A stretch of 64,000 nt of DNA from Candidatus Woesearchaeota archaeon (GTDB lineage Archaea; Nanobdellota; Nanobdellia; SCGC-AAA011-G17; JACPIM01). This document shows positions 28,095 to 38,169 of this stretch, piece by piece. The notes beneath the pieces are model-generated. The model was not told the DNA's origin, did not search any database, and worked only from the letters and a program-made list of their open reading frames with translations. The first letter of the stretch is position 1; the number at the start of each line of letters is the position of its first letter. The stretch lies in contig CAZELK010000002.1 of NCBI GenBank assembly GCA_964513145.1, forward strand, positions 32,001 through 96,000. The letters are read 5' to 3'. A program made the position numbers and the translations under genes.

Positions 28095-30704
28095 ATGGAC
28101 TTAAAAACAAAACAAAAATTAAAGAAATTTATAGCAAACTTGTCAATAGTCAGGGGAAGGCATACTGAGTTGGTTTCTGTTTATGTTCCAGCTGGATACG
28201 ATTTAAATAAAATTATTAATCATTTGCAGCAGGAGCAGGGAACAGCATCCAACATAAAAGATGCAAGAACAAGGGCAAATGTAACAGATAGTCTGGAAAG
28301 AATGATCAAGCACCTAAGATTATTTAAAAGAACTCCTGAAAACGGCTTGGCTGTATTTGCCGGTGATATTTCTCAGGCAGAAAATAAAATTGATATTCAA
28401 GTTTTTAGTATTGAACCGCCAGAGCCATTAAAAGTAAAAATTTACAGGTGCGATCAGACATTTTATTTAGATTTAATTAAAGACATGATGGAGCATAAAG
28501 AAGTTTACGGTCTTATAACTATGGACAAAAGAGAATGCAGCATTGGTTATTTACAAGGCACTTACATAAAATTAGCACATAATTTAACATCTGGTGTTCC
28601 TGGGAAAATGCGTGCCGGAGGGCAGTGCTTATTACCAGACACACTAATACAATCTGCGGAAGGCGATATTTTTGAAATTGAAAAAAGTCACAATCCTCAT
28701 GTTTTAGTTGGCTGTGAAATAGATAAATTATCAGCTAAGAATACGCCAATCACAGATAAATGGAATACTAAAAAAAATACAATTTACAAAATAATAACAA
28801 AATATCCAAGAATAGAATTAGAATGTTCAAAAGATCACGTATTTTTTGTGAGAGAAGATAAATTAGTTGAAAAAGCAGCTGAAGAACTTAAAGAAGGCGA
28901 TTTTTTAATAATGCCTGAACAAATTAATATTAAAGGTAAAGAAATCCACTTTAATCCAATAAAATATTATAATATACTTTATTTAACAAAAGAAGGTAGA
29001 GATTTAATTAAGAATTTAAGAGAAGAAAAGAAACTATATCAAAAGCAATTAGCAAAAGAAATAGGTGTAACTCAAACAGCAATTTCAATAATCGAATTAG
29101 GCAAAGAAGGAATAAGAGCTAATTTCTTGCAAAGATTATGTCAAAAATTACAGATTAATTTTGAGGAATTTATAAATAATTATACTTCTCATAAATCAAC
29201 TATAAAACTTCCAGAGAGATTAGATGAGAAACTTGCACAAATTACTGGATATTTTTTAGGTGATGGAAACTATGAAGAAGAAAGAATCTGTTTTTCAGAA
29301 GAAAGAAAAGACGTTGCAGAATATTATAGTAATTTATTAAAAAATTACTTTCGTGCAAAGGTCAGTTTAAAATATAGAGAGAAAAAGCATTATTGGTTAA
29401 TAAGAGCCAACGGAAAACCAATAGTGAGATTTTTAAAAAATGAATTTCCAGAATTAAGAAATAATGATATAAATACAATTCCAAAGAAAATACTTGAATC
29501 AGATAATAAAATAGTTGCTGCTTTTTTAAATGGTCTTTTTGACGCCGAAGGGTATCCAAGTTCTTCTCGATCAGTCAGCCTTGGGATGAATAATAAAAGA
29601 TTAATTCAACAACTACAAATGCTTTTGTTAAGATTTAGCATAATTTCCTCATTTATTGAAAATGATAATAAACATAATCCTTATACTAAAAATCATTGTT
29701 TTATTGTAGATATTACAGAAAAAGAGTCAATAAAATTATTCAAGGAGAATATCGGTTTTACAGCTATAGGAAAATGTAAAAATCTAAATGAAATAATAAA
29801 CCTAAGAAAAAACAAAAAAGAATTAAGTAGAGTAAGAAGAATTTTGATGTCTGGGAAAAAAGTTCGAGAGATTATAGAAGAGTTCGGTTATAATATAGAA
29901 TTATTCCCTAAAGTTTCAGGATTTTTTATTGATAAAAGAATGATAAGCAAAAAAGTGTTCTATAAATCAATTTTAAAAGAAGTAGAAAATAAAGATAAAA
30001 AATTATATAATAAATTATTTGAAATTTACAAAGCGAATATTCTCCCAGTTAAAATTAAATCAATAGAAGTAACAAATAAATCAGTAAAAATGGTTGATAT
30101 CTCAACGCAACAAGGTAATTTTATAGCAAATTGTTTAATAGTCCATAACTCTGCAAATCGTTTCGCAAGATTAAGGGAAGAAGCTGCTAAAGAATTTTAT
30201 AACAGAATAAGTGAAATTGTAAATAAAGAATTTTTGGGCAGACAAGAAATAAAAGGAATTATAATAGGTGGTCCAGGCCATACAAAGGAAGAGTTGCTAG
30301 AGTATCTAAATAATGAAATCAGGAAAAAAGTAATTGGCACTAAGGATATTACTTACACAGATGAATCTGGTCTTCATGATTTAGTTGAAAAATCTCAAGA
30401 TATTTTAGCAAATGAAATTGTTATGCAGGAAAAGGCATTGATGGCTCGATTCTTCGATACCTTAGGAAAAACTCCAAATAAAATTGTTTATGGTATAAAC
30501 GAAGTTAGACATGCCCTGGAATTATCTGCAGTCGACATAGTTCTTGCTAGTGAAGATTTAGATGATAAAACAATCGAGGAATTAGAAGAATCATGTATAA
30601 AAAGTGGCTGTAAGCTTCAGATAATATCTGTTGATACAAGGGAAGGAAAACAATTGAAAGATCTTGGTAGTGTTGGGGCTATTTTAAGATATGAGATTCA
30701 ATAA
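28095..30704 (+). CDS. prf1: Peptide chain release factor aRF1 containing an intein (about 361 aa after splicing)
   Basis: GRHTELVSVY, NIKD, YRCD, GGQ|S and RFARLR. Confidence 0.96.
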   Translation: MDLKTKQKLKKFIANLSIVRGRHTELVSVYVPAGYDLNKIINHLQQEQGTASNIKDARTRANVTDSLERMIKHLRLFKRTPENGLAVFAGDISQAENKIDIQVFSIEPPEPLKVKIYRCDQTFYLDLIKDMMEHKEVYGLITMDKRECSIGYLQGTYIKLAHNLTSGVPGKMRAGGQCLLPDTLIQSAEGDIFEIEKSHNPHVLVGCEIDKLSAKNTPITDKWNTKKNTIYKIITKYPRIELECSKDHVFFVREDKLVEKAAEELKEGDFLIMPEQINIKGKEIHFNPIKYYNILYLTKEGRDLIKNLREEKKLYQKQLAKEIGVTQTAISIIELGKEGIRANFLQRLCQKLQINFEEFINNYTSHKSTIKLPERLDEKLAQITGYFLGDGNYEEERICFSEERKDVAEYYSNLLKNYFRAKVSLKYREKKHYWLIRANGKPIVRFLKNEFPELRNNDINTIPKKILESDNKIVAAFLNGLFDAEGYPSSSRSVSLGMNNKRLIQQLQMLLLRFSIISSFIENDNKHNPYTKNHCFIVDITEKESIKLFKENIGFTAIGKCKNLNEIINLRKNKKELSRVRRILMSGKKVREIIEEFGYNIELFPKVSGFFIDKRMISKKVFYKSILKEVENKDKKLYNKLFEIYKANILPVKIKSIEVTNKSVKMVDISTQQGNFIANCLIVHNSANRFARLREEAAKEFYNRISEIVNKEFLGRQEIKGIIIGGPGHTKEELLEYLNNEIRKKVIGTKDITYTDESGLHDLVEKSQDILANEIVMQEKALMARFFDTLGKTPNKIVYGINEVRHALELSAVDIVLASEDLDDKTIEELEESCIKSGCKLQIISVDTREGKQLKDLGSVGAILRYEIQ
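28626..30149 (+). mobile_element. Intein in aRF1 (508 aa; Hint + XRE HTH + LAGLIDADG)
   Basis: CLLPDT start directly after GGQ; GYFLGDG and FLNGLFDAEG blocks; NFIANCLIVHN|S end. Confidence 0.95.
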
Positions 30705-30705
30705 A

Positions 30706-31554
30706 TTATTTCTCTGCTTTTACAAGAATATATTCAATCAAACCTTTTTTAAAAGATTTTAGAACGAAATAATCAATAAAAAAACTTAGTTCTGTAAGAA
30801 TTAATCCCCTAATTTTCCTTAAGTCTTTTCTAACAACTTTTCGTCTTTGTTCATAATAATATCCAGGAATTACAGATTTTCCAACCTCTTTAATTATTAT
30901 ATTCTTAAATCCTGCTTGAACTAGTTTTTCTTTGTAAACTGTAACATCATAAACATTTGCTTTTGGCACATGCCAGAGTTTTCTCGCAGCTTTTATGACA
31001 AATTTTTCCCATAAGCTTTTAGGCTGTCTCTTAATAATATAATCAGAAAGACAAATAACTCCTTTCGGTTTGAGCACTCTATATGCTTCTAAAAAAAATT
31101 TCTCCCTAGTATCAAAATGTTCTGGTCCCTCAATACTTAAGACATTTGTAAAAGAATTATCTTTAAAAGGTAAATTTATTGCAGTTCCATGAAAAATTTG
31201 AATATCTTTAGTCATATTATTTTTTTCTATGCGCTCTTTAGCAATTTTTACATGATTCCAAGTAACATCTAAAGCAGTGATATTAGATCTAAAACTCTTT
31301 TGAAGAAATACATCTTGAGCACCCATGCCACAGGCAACATCGAGCAGTTTGCTCCTTTTATTTAAACCGAGCATTCTGCCTAAAGTTAGAATAAGATTTT
31401 CAGCAGCCTTTATATAATCATTATTACCTTGTTCCCATAACCCAAAATTTAAATAACCACCATGAAAATCTCCAAATTTTTCAACGCTATCGCCATAAAA
31501 ATGCTCAACTTGATATTCCTGAAGCCCTTTAGACCAATTAACTCTTTCGTCCAT
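30706..31554 (-). CDS. Class I SAM methyltransferase (sterol/tocopherol C-methyltransferase-like)
   Basis: YLNFGLW, LLDVACGMG, LPFKDNSF, SIEGPEHF. Confidence 0.85.
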   Translation of the reverse strand: MDERVNWSKGLQEYQVEHFYGDSVEKFGDFHGGYLNFGLWEQGNNDYIKAAENLILTLGRMLGLNKRSKLLDVACGMGAQDVFLQKSFRSNITALDVTWNHVKIAKERIEKNNMTKDIQIFHGTAINLPFKDNSFTNVLSIEGPEHFDTREKFFLEAYRVLKPKGVICLSDYIIKRQPKSLWEKFVIKAARKLWHVPKANVYDVTVYKEKLVQAGFKNIIIKEVGKSVIPGYYYEQRRKVVRKDLRKIRGLILTELSFFIDYFVLKSFKKGLIEYILVKAEK

Positions 31555-31639
31555 AAAAAATTAAGATTAAATGAATTTTTAATACTTGCTAAATAAAAAA
31601 GTCATAAGGTTTAAAAATAATTAATAATATAAATTATAG

Positions 31640-32164
31640 ATGGAAAACCCAGAAGTAAAGCACAAAATAGAAGCAATACTGTTTACTCTGGGTAAATTCG
31701 TTTCTTTAGAAGAATTAGCCAGATACTGCGAAATAGGAAGCGTTGGTTTGGTAAAAGAAGCTATAGAAGAATTAAAAAAAGATTACCAAAATAAAAATTG
31801 TTCTTTGGAAATTCAGGAAAATGAAGGTAAAATAAAATTAAATATAAAAAAAGAATTTGGTTATTTGACAAATAAACTTCTTACAACAAATGAGCTCGAC
31901 AGTCCAACAACGAAAACATTGGCAATTATAGCGTATAAACAACCAGTAACTCAAAATGAAGTTATAAAAATTCGGGGAAATAAAGCTTATGATCATATAA
32001 AATCATTAAAGCAAAATAATTTAGTCACATCAGAAAAAAAAGGCAGGACAAGATTGTTAAAATTAACTCAAAATTTTTATGAATACTTTGATATAATGGA
32101 AACAGAAGCAAAAGACAAAATAAAAGCAGCTGTAGAAGAATTAGGCATTAAAAAGATGTTCTAA
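31640..32164 (+). CDS. scpB: SMC-Scp complex subunit ScpB
   Basis: IEAILF...TLAIIAYKQPVTQNEVIKIRG...LTQNFYEYF. Confidence 0.92.
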   Translation: MENPEVKHKIEAILFTLGKFVSLEELARYCEIGSVGLVKEAIEELKKDYQNKNCSLEIQENEGKIKLNIKKEFGYLTNKLLTTNELDSPTTKTLAIIAYKQPVTQNEVIKIRGNKAYDHIKSLKQNNLVTSEKKGRTRLLKLTQNFYEYFDIMETEAKDKIKAAVEELGIKKMF

Positions 32165-32177
32165 ATTTTATAAAAAT

Positions 32178-32522
32178 TTATTCTTCTTTTATTTCAACTA
32201 ATATTTTGTTTTTTCCAATTTTAGATATTAAAACTTTCTCATCACCTTTTAAATGTAAATTTTCTTCAATGTCAGTCGGTATTCTTAAAACGGTGCCACG
32301 AGCACTTCTGCTAAGTTTACGATGAAGTTTAAGTGGTTCGCCCCACAAACCTAATCTTCTGGCAATCTCTATAGTATTTTGCGATACTTTTTCCGAAATA
32401 AATTCTTCATTACAACTATTACATCTTTTACCTCTTTCTATAAAAAAGTGACCTTCAATTTCTGATATAATATCATCTACATCAATTAGTTCTCCTTTTT
32501 CACATATTGGACATTTTTTCAT
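32178..32522 (-). CDS. Zn-ribbon (YgiT-type) plus AbrB-like domain protein, putative antitoxin
   Basis: CPICEKG...CNSCNEEF, then LRIPTDIEENLHLKGDEKV. Confidence 0.75.
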   Translation of the reverse strand: MKKCPICEKGELIDVDDIISEIEGHFFIERGKRCNSCNEEFISEKVSQNTIEIARRLGLWGEPLKLHRKLSRSARGTVLRIPTDIEENLHLKGDEKVLISKIGKNKILVEIKEE

Positions 32523-32523
32523 T

Positions 32524-32718
32524 TTATTTTCTTTCAGCTCCAGATATTATAAGTATTGATTTATCAAATGAATCGTAAACAAAAATTATTTTTTTGTCTC
32601 CACTTCTTTTAGTATAAACTTCATATTTAGTTTTTTCTGATTTATCAATTTTTCTTATTAAATCTGTATTTAAATAGATCATGAGTAATTTTGCCAATAA
32701 ATAAATTATAAAATCCAA
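32524..32718 (-). CDS. Small putative toxin (start uncertain)
   Basis: KYEVYTKRSGDKKIIFVYD...ILIISG; directly upstream of the Zn-ribbon/AbrB gene. Confidence 0.4.
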   Translation of the reverse strand: MDFIIYLLAKLLMIYLNTDLIRKIDKSEKTKYEVYTKRSGDKKIIFVYDSFDKSILIISGAERK

Positions 32719-33358
32719 TTAATAATATTTTAATTCCGGTATTTAATCTGCCATTTTTCTCAAAGCGTCTGACAGAAGTTTTTATTTTAACTGAATTCAA
32801 TAAATATATCTTAGTAATCTTTTTTAATCTTCTTACATAATCAAAATCTTCACCAACCTTAATAGAGTCATCAAATCCATTTATTTTATTATGTAAGGAT
32901 TTCAATGTAAAGATACAGCAGCCATTAAATCCAATATATTTATAAAAAAATTTAATAAAAATTCTAAATCCAGCAAAAAAGAATAAATCAATTAAATTAT
33001 TGCTATCTGGGTATACAGAGCACCCGGCAATGTTCACATTTTTCTCTCTCATTTCTTTTAAAGCTTTTTCTAAAAAATAGTCATCAAATGAAGTGTCAGC
33101 ATCTAAAAATAAAACTATATCATATTTAGCCATCTTTAAGCCAAGATTTCGTTGAAAAGAAACATTTCTTTTATCAGATTTAAAGATTCTTAAATCTAAT
33201 TTTTTATTAAATCTTTTAGCATTAAAAACAGTATTGTCATCTGAGTCAGCATCAACCATAATAACTTCAAAATTTTTAAAGGTCTGTTTGCTTAAGCATT
33301 CCAATAGGCAATGTATATAGTTTTCTTCATTTAAAGTAGGTATTACAATAGATAACAT
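32645..33358 (-). CDS. Glycosyltransferase family 2
   Basis: LSIVIPTLNEE, VDADSDD, LFLDAD, EDFD and TSVRRF. Confidence 0.92.
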   Translation of the reverse strand: MLSIVIPTLNEENYIHCLLECLSKQTFKNFEVIMVDADSDDNTVFNAKRFNKKLDLRIFKSDKRNVSFQRNLGLKMAKYDIVLFLDADTSFDDYFLEKALKEMREKNVNIAGCSVYPDSNNLIDLFFFAGFRIFIKFFYKYIGFNGCCIFTLKSLHNKINGFDDSIKVGEDFDYVRRLKKITKIYLLNSVKIKTSVRRFEKNGRLNTGIKILLIGFYNLFIGKITHDLFKYRFNKKN

Positions 33359-33414
33359 AATTAAAAAAGTCTAACAATATTTATAAATATATTTAAGAAT
33401 TATATAAGTAAAAG

Positions 33415-34662
33415 ATGGTAAATATTTATAGTTCGGTAATTTATTACCTATCGTTTTTTGGACTTTTTGCTACTATCTTTTATACTATTAATTTATACTC
33501 TTATTACAAAAAATATAATTATCAAGAAGCCGAAGATAAAACAGTTAGTGTAATTATACCAGCTTATAATGAAGAAGAAAGTATTGAAAAAACGATAAAA
33601 TCAGCATTATCATTAAATTACCAAAAAGATAAAATAGAAATAATGATTATAGATGATGGAAGTAAAGATAAGACTTATGAAATAGCAAAGAGATTTAGTT
33701 CGAGAAAAGATCCCAAAGTTAAAGTATTAACAAAATCAAATGGTGGAAAAGGTTCTGCCTTAAATTTTGGTATTAAGCACTCTAAAGCGGAAATAATAGT
33801 GACTATGGATGCGGATACATTTGCAGAGAAAGATTCGTTAAGAAAAATGGTGGGATATTTTTATAACAAAGATATTACAGCAGTAACACCATCAATGGGA
33901 GTATATAAACCTAAAAATATATGGCAAAAAATTCAACAAATTGAATATGCTATGGGTGTCTTTCTAAGAAAATCTTTTTCTACTATAAATGCTATACATG
34001 TAACACCTGGTGCTTTCTCAGCTTACAGAAGAGACTTTTTTGAAACATTTGGGGGTTATGATGAAAAAAATATTACAGAAGATCTAGAAATTGCTCTAAG
34101 AATACAAAGTAAGAATCTAAAAATTGAAAACGCTTCAAAAGCTATAGCTTATACAATTGCTCCAAATAGTTTTAAAACCCTACTTATCCAAAGAAGAAGA
34201 TGGTATTCGGGATTAATAAAGAATTTATGGAGCTATAAAAGTTTATTTGGTCCGAGAAAAGGCTCTTTAGGGATATTAGTTCTTCCGATGGCTATAATAA
34301 CCATTATATTCCCAACAGCACTAACAACTTACTTAATAACCCAAAGAATAATAAAAATAAAAAATGATTTATCTTACTTAAGCTCAATAAACTATAAATT
34401 TAACAATATATTAGATTTAAATTATTATATAATCGAAAATTATTTGTTTAATCTTTTTAGTCAACCGATATTTTTATTAACTATTTTGTTTTGTACAATT
34501 ATAATTTTATATATTTACTTTTCAAAGAAAAACAATTTAAAGTTAGATGGTATAAAAATAAATTTCTTTTTATTTATTATGTGTTATTCCATATTATTAG
34601 CGATTTGGTGGATAATTTCTTTTATTTACATTTTAACAAATAAGAAAATATCATGGAGATAA
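33415..34662 (+). CDS. Processive GT2 glycosyltransferase (IcaA/PgaC/cellulose-synthase-like)
   Basis: DDGS, DAD, TED and QRRRW motifs; N- and C-terminal TM helices. Confidence 0.92.
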   Translation: MVNIYSSVIYYLSFFGLFATIFYTINLYSYYKKYNYQEAEDKTVSVIIPAYNEEESIEKTIKSALSLNYQKDKIEIMIIDDGSKDKTYEIAKRFSSRKDPKVKVLTKSNGGKGSALNFGIKHSKAEIIVTMDADTFAEKDSLRKMVGYFYNKDITAVTPSMGVYKPKNIWQKIQQIEYAMGVFLRKSFSTINAIHVTPGAFSAYRRDFFETFGGYDEKNITEDLEIALRIQSKNLKIENASKAIAYTIAPNSFKTLLIQRRRWYSGLIKNLWSYKSLFGPRKGSLGILVLPMAIITIIFPTALTTYLITQRIIKIKNDLSYLSSINYKFNNILDLNYYIIENYLFNLFSQPIFLLTILFCTIIILYIYFSKKNNLKLDGIKINFFLFIMCYSILLAIWWIISFIYILTNKKISWR

Positions 34663-35352
34663 ATGGAGTCCATAAATATAAAGAAAGATCCGAGTTTATT
34701 AAAGTATATTATATCTTTTTTAATAACAACTATAATATTTACATTAATATTTATATTTGCTTACTCAATATCATATATAAACTATCAAAGACTTTCTTAT
34801 GAAAATAATTTAATTAAAGATAATCTTCTCAAACTCGATGAAATATCAACTCTGTTTGAAGATGAAATAAATTGTAGTAACAAAATACTTCTTGAATCAT
34901 CAAGAAGGCTAGATTTTTCTGGAGATAAAATAAATATATTAGAAACAAAATTTGAGAAAGAAGATAAAAGAGTAATAGAACAGAAAAAGATTTATACTCA
35001 ACTAGAACTAAAGCATTTTAATATAATTAAAAAATTAAACTTAGTATGTGAAGGGAATTTTATAACCATCTTGTTTTTTTATTCAAATAAAGATGAAAAT
35101 AAAGATAAAAATGAAAAAATAAGCTTTATATTAAGCGCATTTAAAGAAGAAAGTCCTGAAAGAGCAATGATCTATTCATTTGACGACAACTTAGACTTTG
35201 ATATTATTAAAAAATTAAAAGAAAGATATAATATAAAAAAAATACCAATAATAATAGTAAATGAAGAAGATTTAATAGAACTGAATAATATCAATTTATT
35301 AACAAATTATTTAAAGCAGAATATAACAAAAGGAGTTAAAAATGGGTTGTGA
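34663..35352 (+). CDS. Membrane-anchored hypothetical protein (possible thioredoxin-like C-terminus)
   Basis: N-terminal TM helix; TILFFYS...IPIIIVN. Confidence 0.65.
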   Translation: MESINIKKDPSLLKYIISFLITTIIFTLIFIFAYSISYINYQRLSYENNLIKDNLLKLDEISTLFEDEINCSNKILLESSRRLDFSGDKINILETKFEKEDKRVIEQKKIYTQLELKHFNIIKKLNLVCEGNFITILFFYSNKDENKDKNEKISFILSAFKEESPERAMIYSFDDNLDFDIIKKLKERYNIKKIPIIIVNEEDLIELNNINLLTNYLKQNITKGVKNGL

Positions 35353-35791
35353 TTTATGCGGCAGTAATAGTGATTTATTTTCTTCTATTATAGAAAATAG
35401 TTTGATGAATGTCTGCCAAAGATGCTTGAAATTCGGAAAAAAAGTTGAGAGGAACAAAAATTTTAATGTTAATGAAGTAATAAAAAGAAAGCCTAAAGAA
35501 GAAACAGTAATTTTAAGAGATAATTATAATTTGTTAATAAAAGAAAATAGGGAAAAACAAAAGTTAACCCAGGATAAATTAGCTGAAAAATTAAATGAAA
35601 AAGTTTCATTAATACAAAAAGTCGAGAATAAAGAAATAATACCAAGTGATGAATTCGTGAAAAAACTTGAGAATTTCTTTCATATAAAATTATTTGAAAA
35701 ATATAAGGAAGATCATGAAATGAAATTGAATTTTCAAAGTGGTGCTTTAACAATTGGAGACTTGTTAAGATTAAAAAAGAGAAATCAATAA
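35342..35791 (+). CDS. Archaeal multiprotein bridging factor aMBF1
   Basis: CDLCG...CQRC Zn ribbon, HTH and LTIGDL. Confidence 0.92.
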   Translation: MGCDLCGSNSDLFSSIIENSLMNVCQRCLKFGKKVERNKNFNVNEVIKRKPKEETVILRDNYNLLIKENREKQKLTQDKLAEKLNEKVSLIQKVENKEIIPSDEFVKKLENFFHIKLFEKYKEDHEMKLNFQSGALTIGDLLRLKKRNQ

Positions 35792-35825
35792 GTTTCATAA
35801 ATACTTTTCACAAAAGTGTTCTAAA

Positions 35826-36437
35826 ATGGTTACAATGAACAAAAAAGAACTGGCAATAAATCTGTCTAAATTAAATATATTAGAAGAATTTAATGTTAAC
35901 CTGGAACAATATCAGTCTGAAGGCGAGTTAGCTGGCAATATTTTATGGGAAGCCTTCTTAAATAATGACGTAAAAGATAAAATAATAGCTGACCTCGGTT
36001 GCGGAAATGGAATCTTTGGCATAGGTGCTTTATTATTGGGTGCAAAGAAAGTTTTTTTTATAGACCTAGATAAAAATGCAATACAAATAACTAAAGATAA
36101 TTATAAAAGATTAAAATTAAATAATGGAAAATTCATAAATTCACCAATATCAGAATTCAATCAAAAAGTTGATACTGTCATTATGAATCCGCCGTTTGGA
36201 GTTCAAAATGAACATAGTGACAGGGAATTTCTTGAAAAGGCCTTTAAAATAAGCAAGTCTATTTATTCAATACATAAAATAGAAAGCAAAAAATTCATTA
36301 AAAAGATTTCTGAAAAATTTTATTTTAAAGTAATTAAAATTTATAAGCTTGATTTTTTGATTAAAAAAACATACAACTTTCATAAAAGTGATAGATATTA
36401 TGTTAAAACTGGTTGCTGGCATTTAAGAAAAGAATAA
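35826..36437 (+). CDS. METTL5-family rRNA adenine methyltransferase
   Basis: [20 protein letters not shown] and IYSIHK. Confidence 0.9.
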   Translation: MVTMNKKELAINLSKLNILEEFNVNLEQYQSEGELAGNILWEAFLNNDVKDKIIADLGCGNGIFGIGALLLGAKKVFFIDLDKNAIQITKDNYKRLKLNNGKFINSPISEFNQKVDTVIMNPPFGVQNEHSDREFLEKAFKISKSIYSIHKIESKKFIKKISEKFYFKVIKIYKLDFLIKKTYNFHKSDRYYVKTGCWHLRKE

Positions 36438-36461
36438 ATACAGTGAAAATTTTAAAATGAT

Positions 36462-36821
36462 ATGAAAAATAATAAACTTTTGATTTTGGTTTTAATTATA
36501 TCGTTTCTTGTCGGTTTTTTAATAAGAGGTCAAATTACAAGCAATATAATTTTAGACAAAGAACTAGATAAGAAAATAATAATTCTAGATACATGTATTT
36601 ACCAGACTAGAACCGGTGTAAATATAATTCCAAATAAGGAAATTTGTTGTAAATCAATAAAAGAATTTTTCAAATGTGATTCAATTGATGAAACAGAAAT
36701 AGAATATGGTAACTATTATACTAAAATTAACAGGCAATGTTATAATGACAAAGATTCGGAATTAAAAGTTTATTTCAGAGAAGGTTTGGAGAACTTCTGT
36801 AAAAATGAAGGCTATCTATAA
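36462..36821 (+). CDS. Membrane-anchored Cys-containing hypothetical protein
   Basis: N-terminal TM helix and several Cys. Confidence 0.6.
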   Translation: MKNNKLLILVLIISFLVGFLIRGQITSNIILDKELDKKIIILDTCIYQTRTGVNIIPNKEICCKSIKEFFKCDSIDETEIEYGNYYTKINRQCYNDKDSELKVYFREGLENFCKNEGYL

Positions 36822-37833
36822 AATAATTATTATATTATTCTTTTTAATAATAATCAATTCATGTGCAAGAAATAATTATGATGCCGTAAAAATAAAAGAA
36901 GTTAGATTTTCTGATCTATCACTAAGAGATAAAATTGGGCAGATGTTAATAATAGAGGGAAAAGAAGAAAATTTGGATGATGTTGCAAAATTAAATATTG
37001 GTGGTATTTTTTTCTTTGCTTTGAAAAACGAAAAAACGTATAAAAATTTAATAAATAAATTTCAAGAAAATTCTCATTACAGTCTCTTTATATCTACAGA
37101 TTTAGAGGGGTGTGTTAATATGTTGGAAAACGTAAAAAAATTTAGATACTTTAATGAGATAGAAACAAGCAGAGAAGCTTATGAACTAGGTTTAGAAATG
37201 GGAAAATTATTGAAGAGACTTGGATTTAATTTAAATTTTGCCCCAGTTTTGGATTTAAAGGATACAATTTGGAATTGCAGATCTTTTACTGGGTCAACAG
37301 AAGAGATTAAAGACAAGGGGTTTGCATTTATTAAAGGCCTGCAATCAACAGGAATTCTCGGAACTATAAAACATTTCCCTGGCAGAACCTTGGACATTGA
37401 CGATACGCACAAAATAGAAACCAAGGCAATTATTTCAAAAGAAGATTTATTTCCATTCTATCATCTTGAAAATATAACTAAAGTAATAATGATAAATCAC
37501 CTAATAGTAGACGGAGAAATAAACAGCAGCAATCTTCCGTCATCAATTTCACCCAAAGTTATTAACAATATTAAGGATAGAGGATATCAAAATTTAATAA
37601 TAACTGATGATTTAAAAATGAGAGGTGTGAGTGAAAGATTTTCAGATAAATATGAAGTATATGTAGCTGCAATTAATGCTGGAAATGATTTGTTATTAAA
37701 TGTCTATGAAAAAGACCCTGAAAAAGCAATAAATTATATTGAAACTGCAGTAAAGGAAAAGAGAATAAATCAAATTTTAATAGACCAGGCAGTTAGAAAA
37801 ATATTCAAAGCTAAAGATATAACTATTCTCTAA
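36805..37833 (+). CDS. Glycoside hydrolase family 3 N-terminal domain protein (NagZ-like), signal peptide
   Basis: KIGQML, STDLEG, NFAPVLD, KHFPG, DTH, ITDDLKM and AGNDLLL. Confidence 0.88.
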   Translation: MKAIYKIIIILFFLIIINSCARNNYDAVKIKEVRFSDLSLRDKIGQMLIIEGKEENLDDVAKLNIGGIFFFALKNEKTYKNLINKFQENSHYSLFISTDLEGCVNMLENVKKFRYFNEIETSREAYELGLEMGKLLKRLGFNLNFAPVLDLKDTIWNCRSFTGSTEEIKDKGFAFIKGLQSTGILGTIKHFPGRTLDIDDTHKIETKAIISKEDLFPFYHLENITKVIMINHLIVDGEINSSNLPSSISPKVINNIKDRGYQNLIITDDLKMRGVSERFSDKYEVYVAAINAGNDLLLNVYEKDPEKAINYIETAVKEKRINQILIDQAVRKIFKAKDITIL

Positions 37834-37896
37834 TGGGATAATTTGTGCTAAAAGCCTAACGAAAGTTTTAAAAATGCCGGTTTAAATAACAAATTC

Positions 37897-38169
37897 ATGG
37901 AATTAAAAATTATAGAATATAGCAAAACAAAGCTTAAATTTAATATTTTGGGCGAGGATCATACATTTGCAAATATATTAAGAAAAGAGCTTTGGAATGA
38001 CAAAAATACTGAGAAAGCAGGTTATAGTTTGGAGCATGCACTTGTTACTTCTCCATTATTTTTTTTGGAAACAACAGGAAAAGATCCCAAAGAGATAATG
38101 GAAAATGCAGTTAAGAGGTTGGTAAAACTTAATGAAAGTTTAACAACCAATATAAAAAAATTATTTTAA
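37897..38169 (+). CDS. rpoL: RNA polymerase subunit L (Rpo11)
   Basis: GEDHTFANILRKEL...AGYSLEH. Confidence 0.92.
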   Translation: MELKIIEYSKTKLKFNILGEDHTFANILRKELWNDKNTEKAGYSLEHALVTSPLFFLETTGKDPKEIMENAVKRLVKLNESLTTNIKKLF

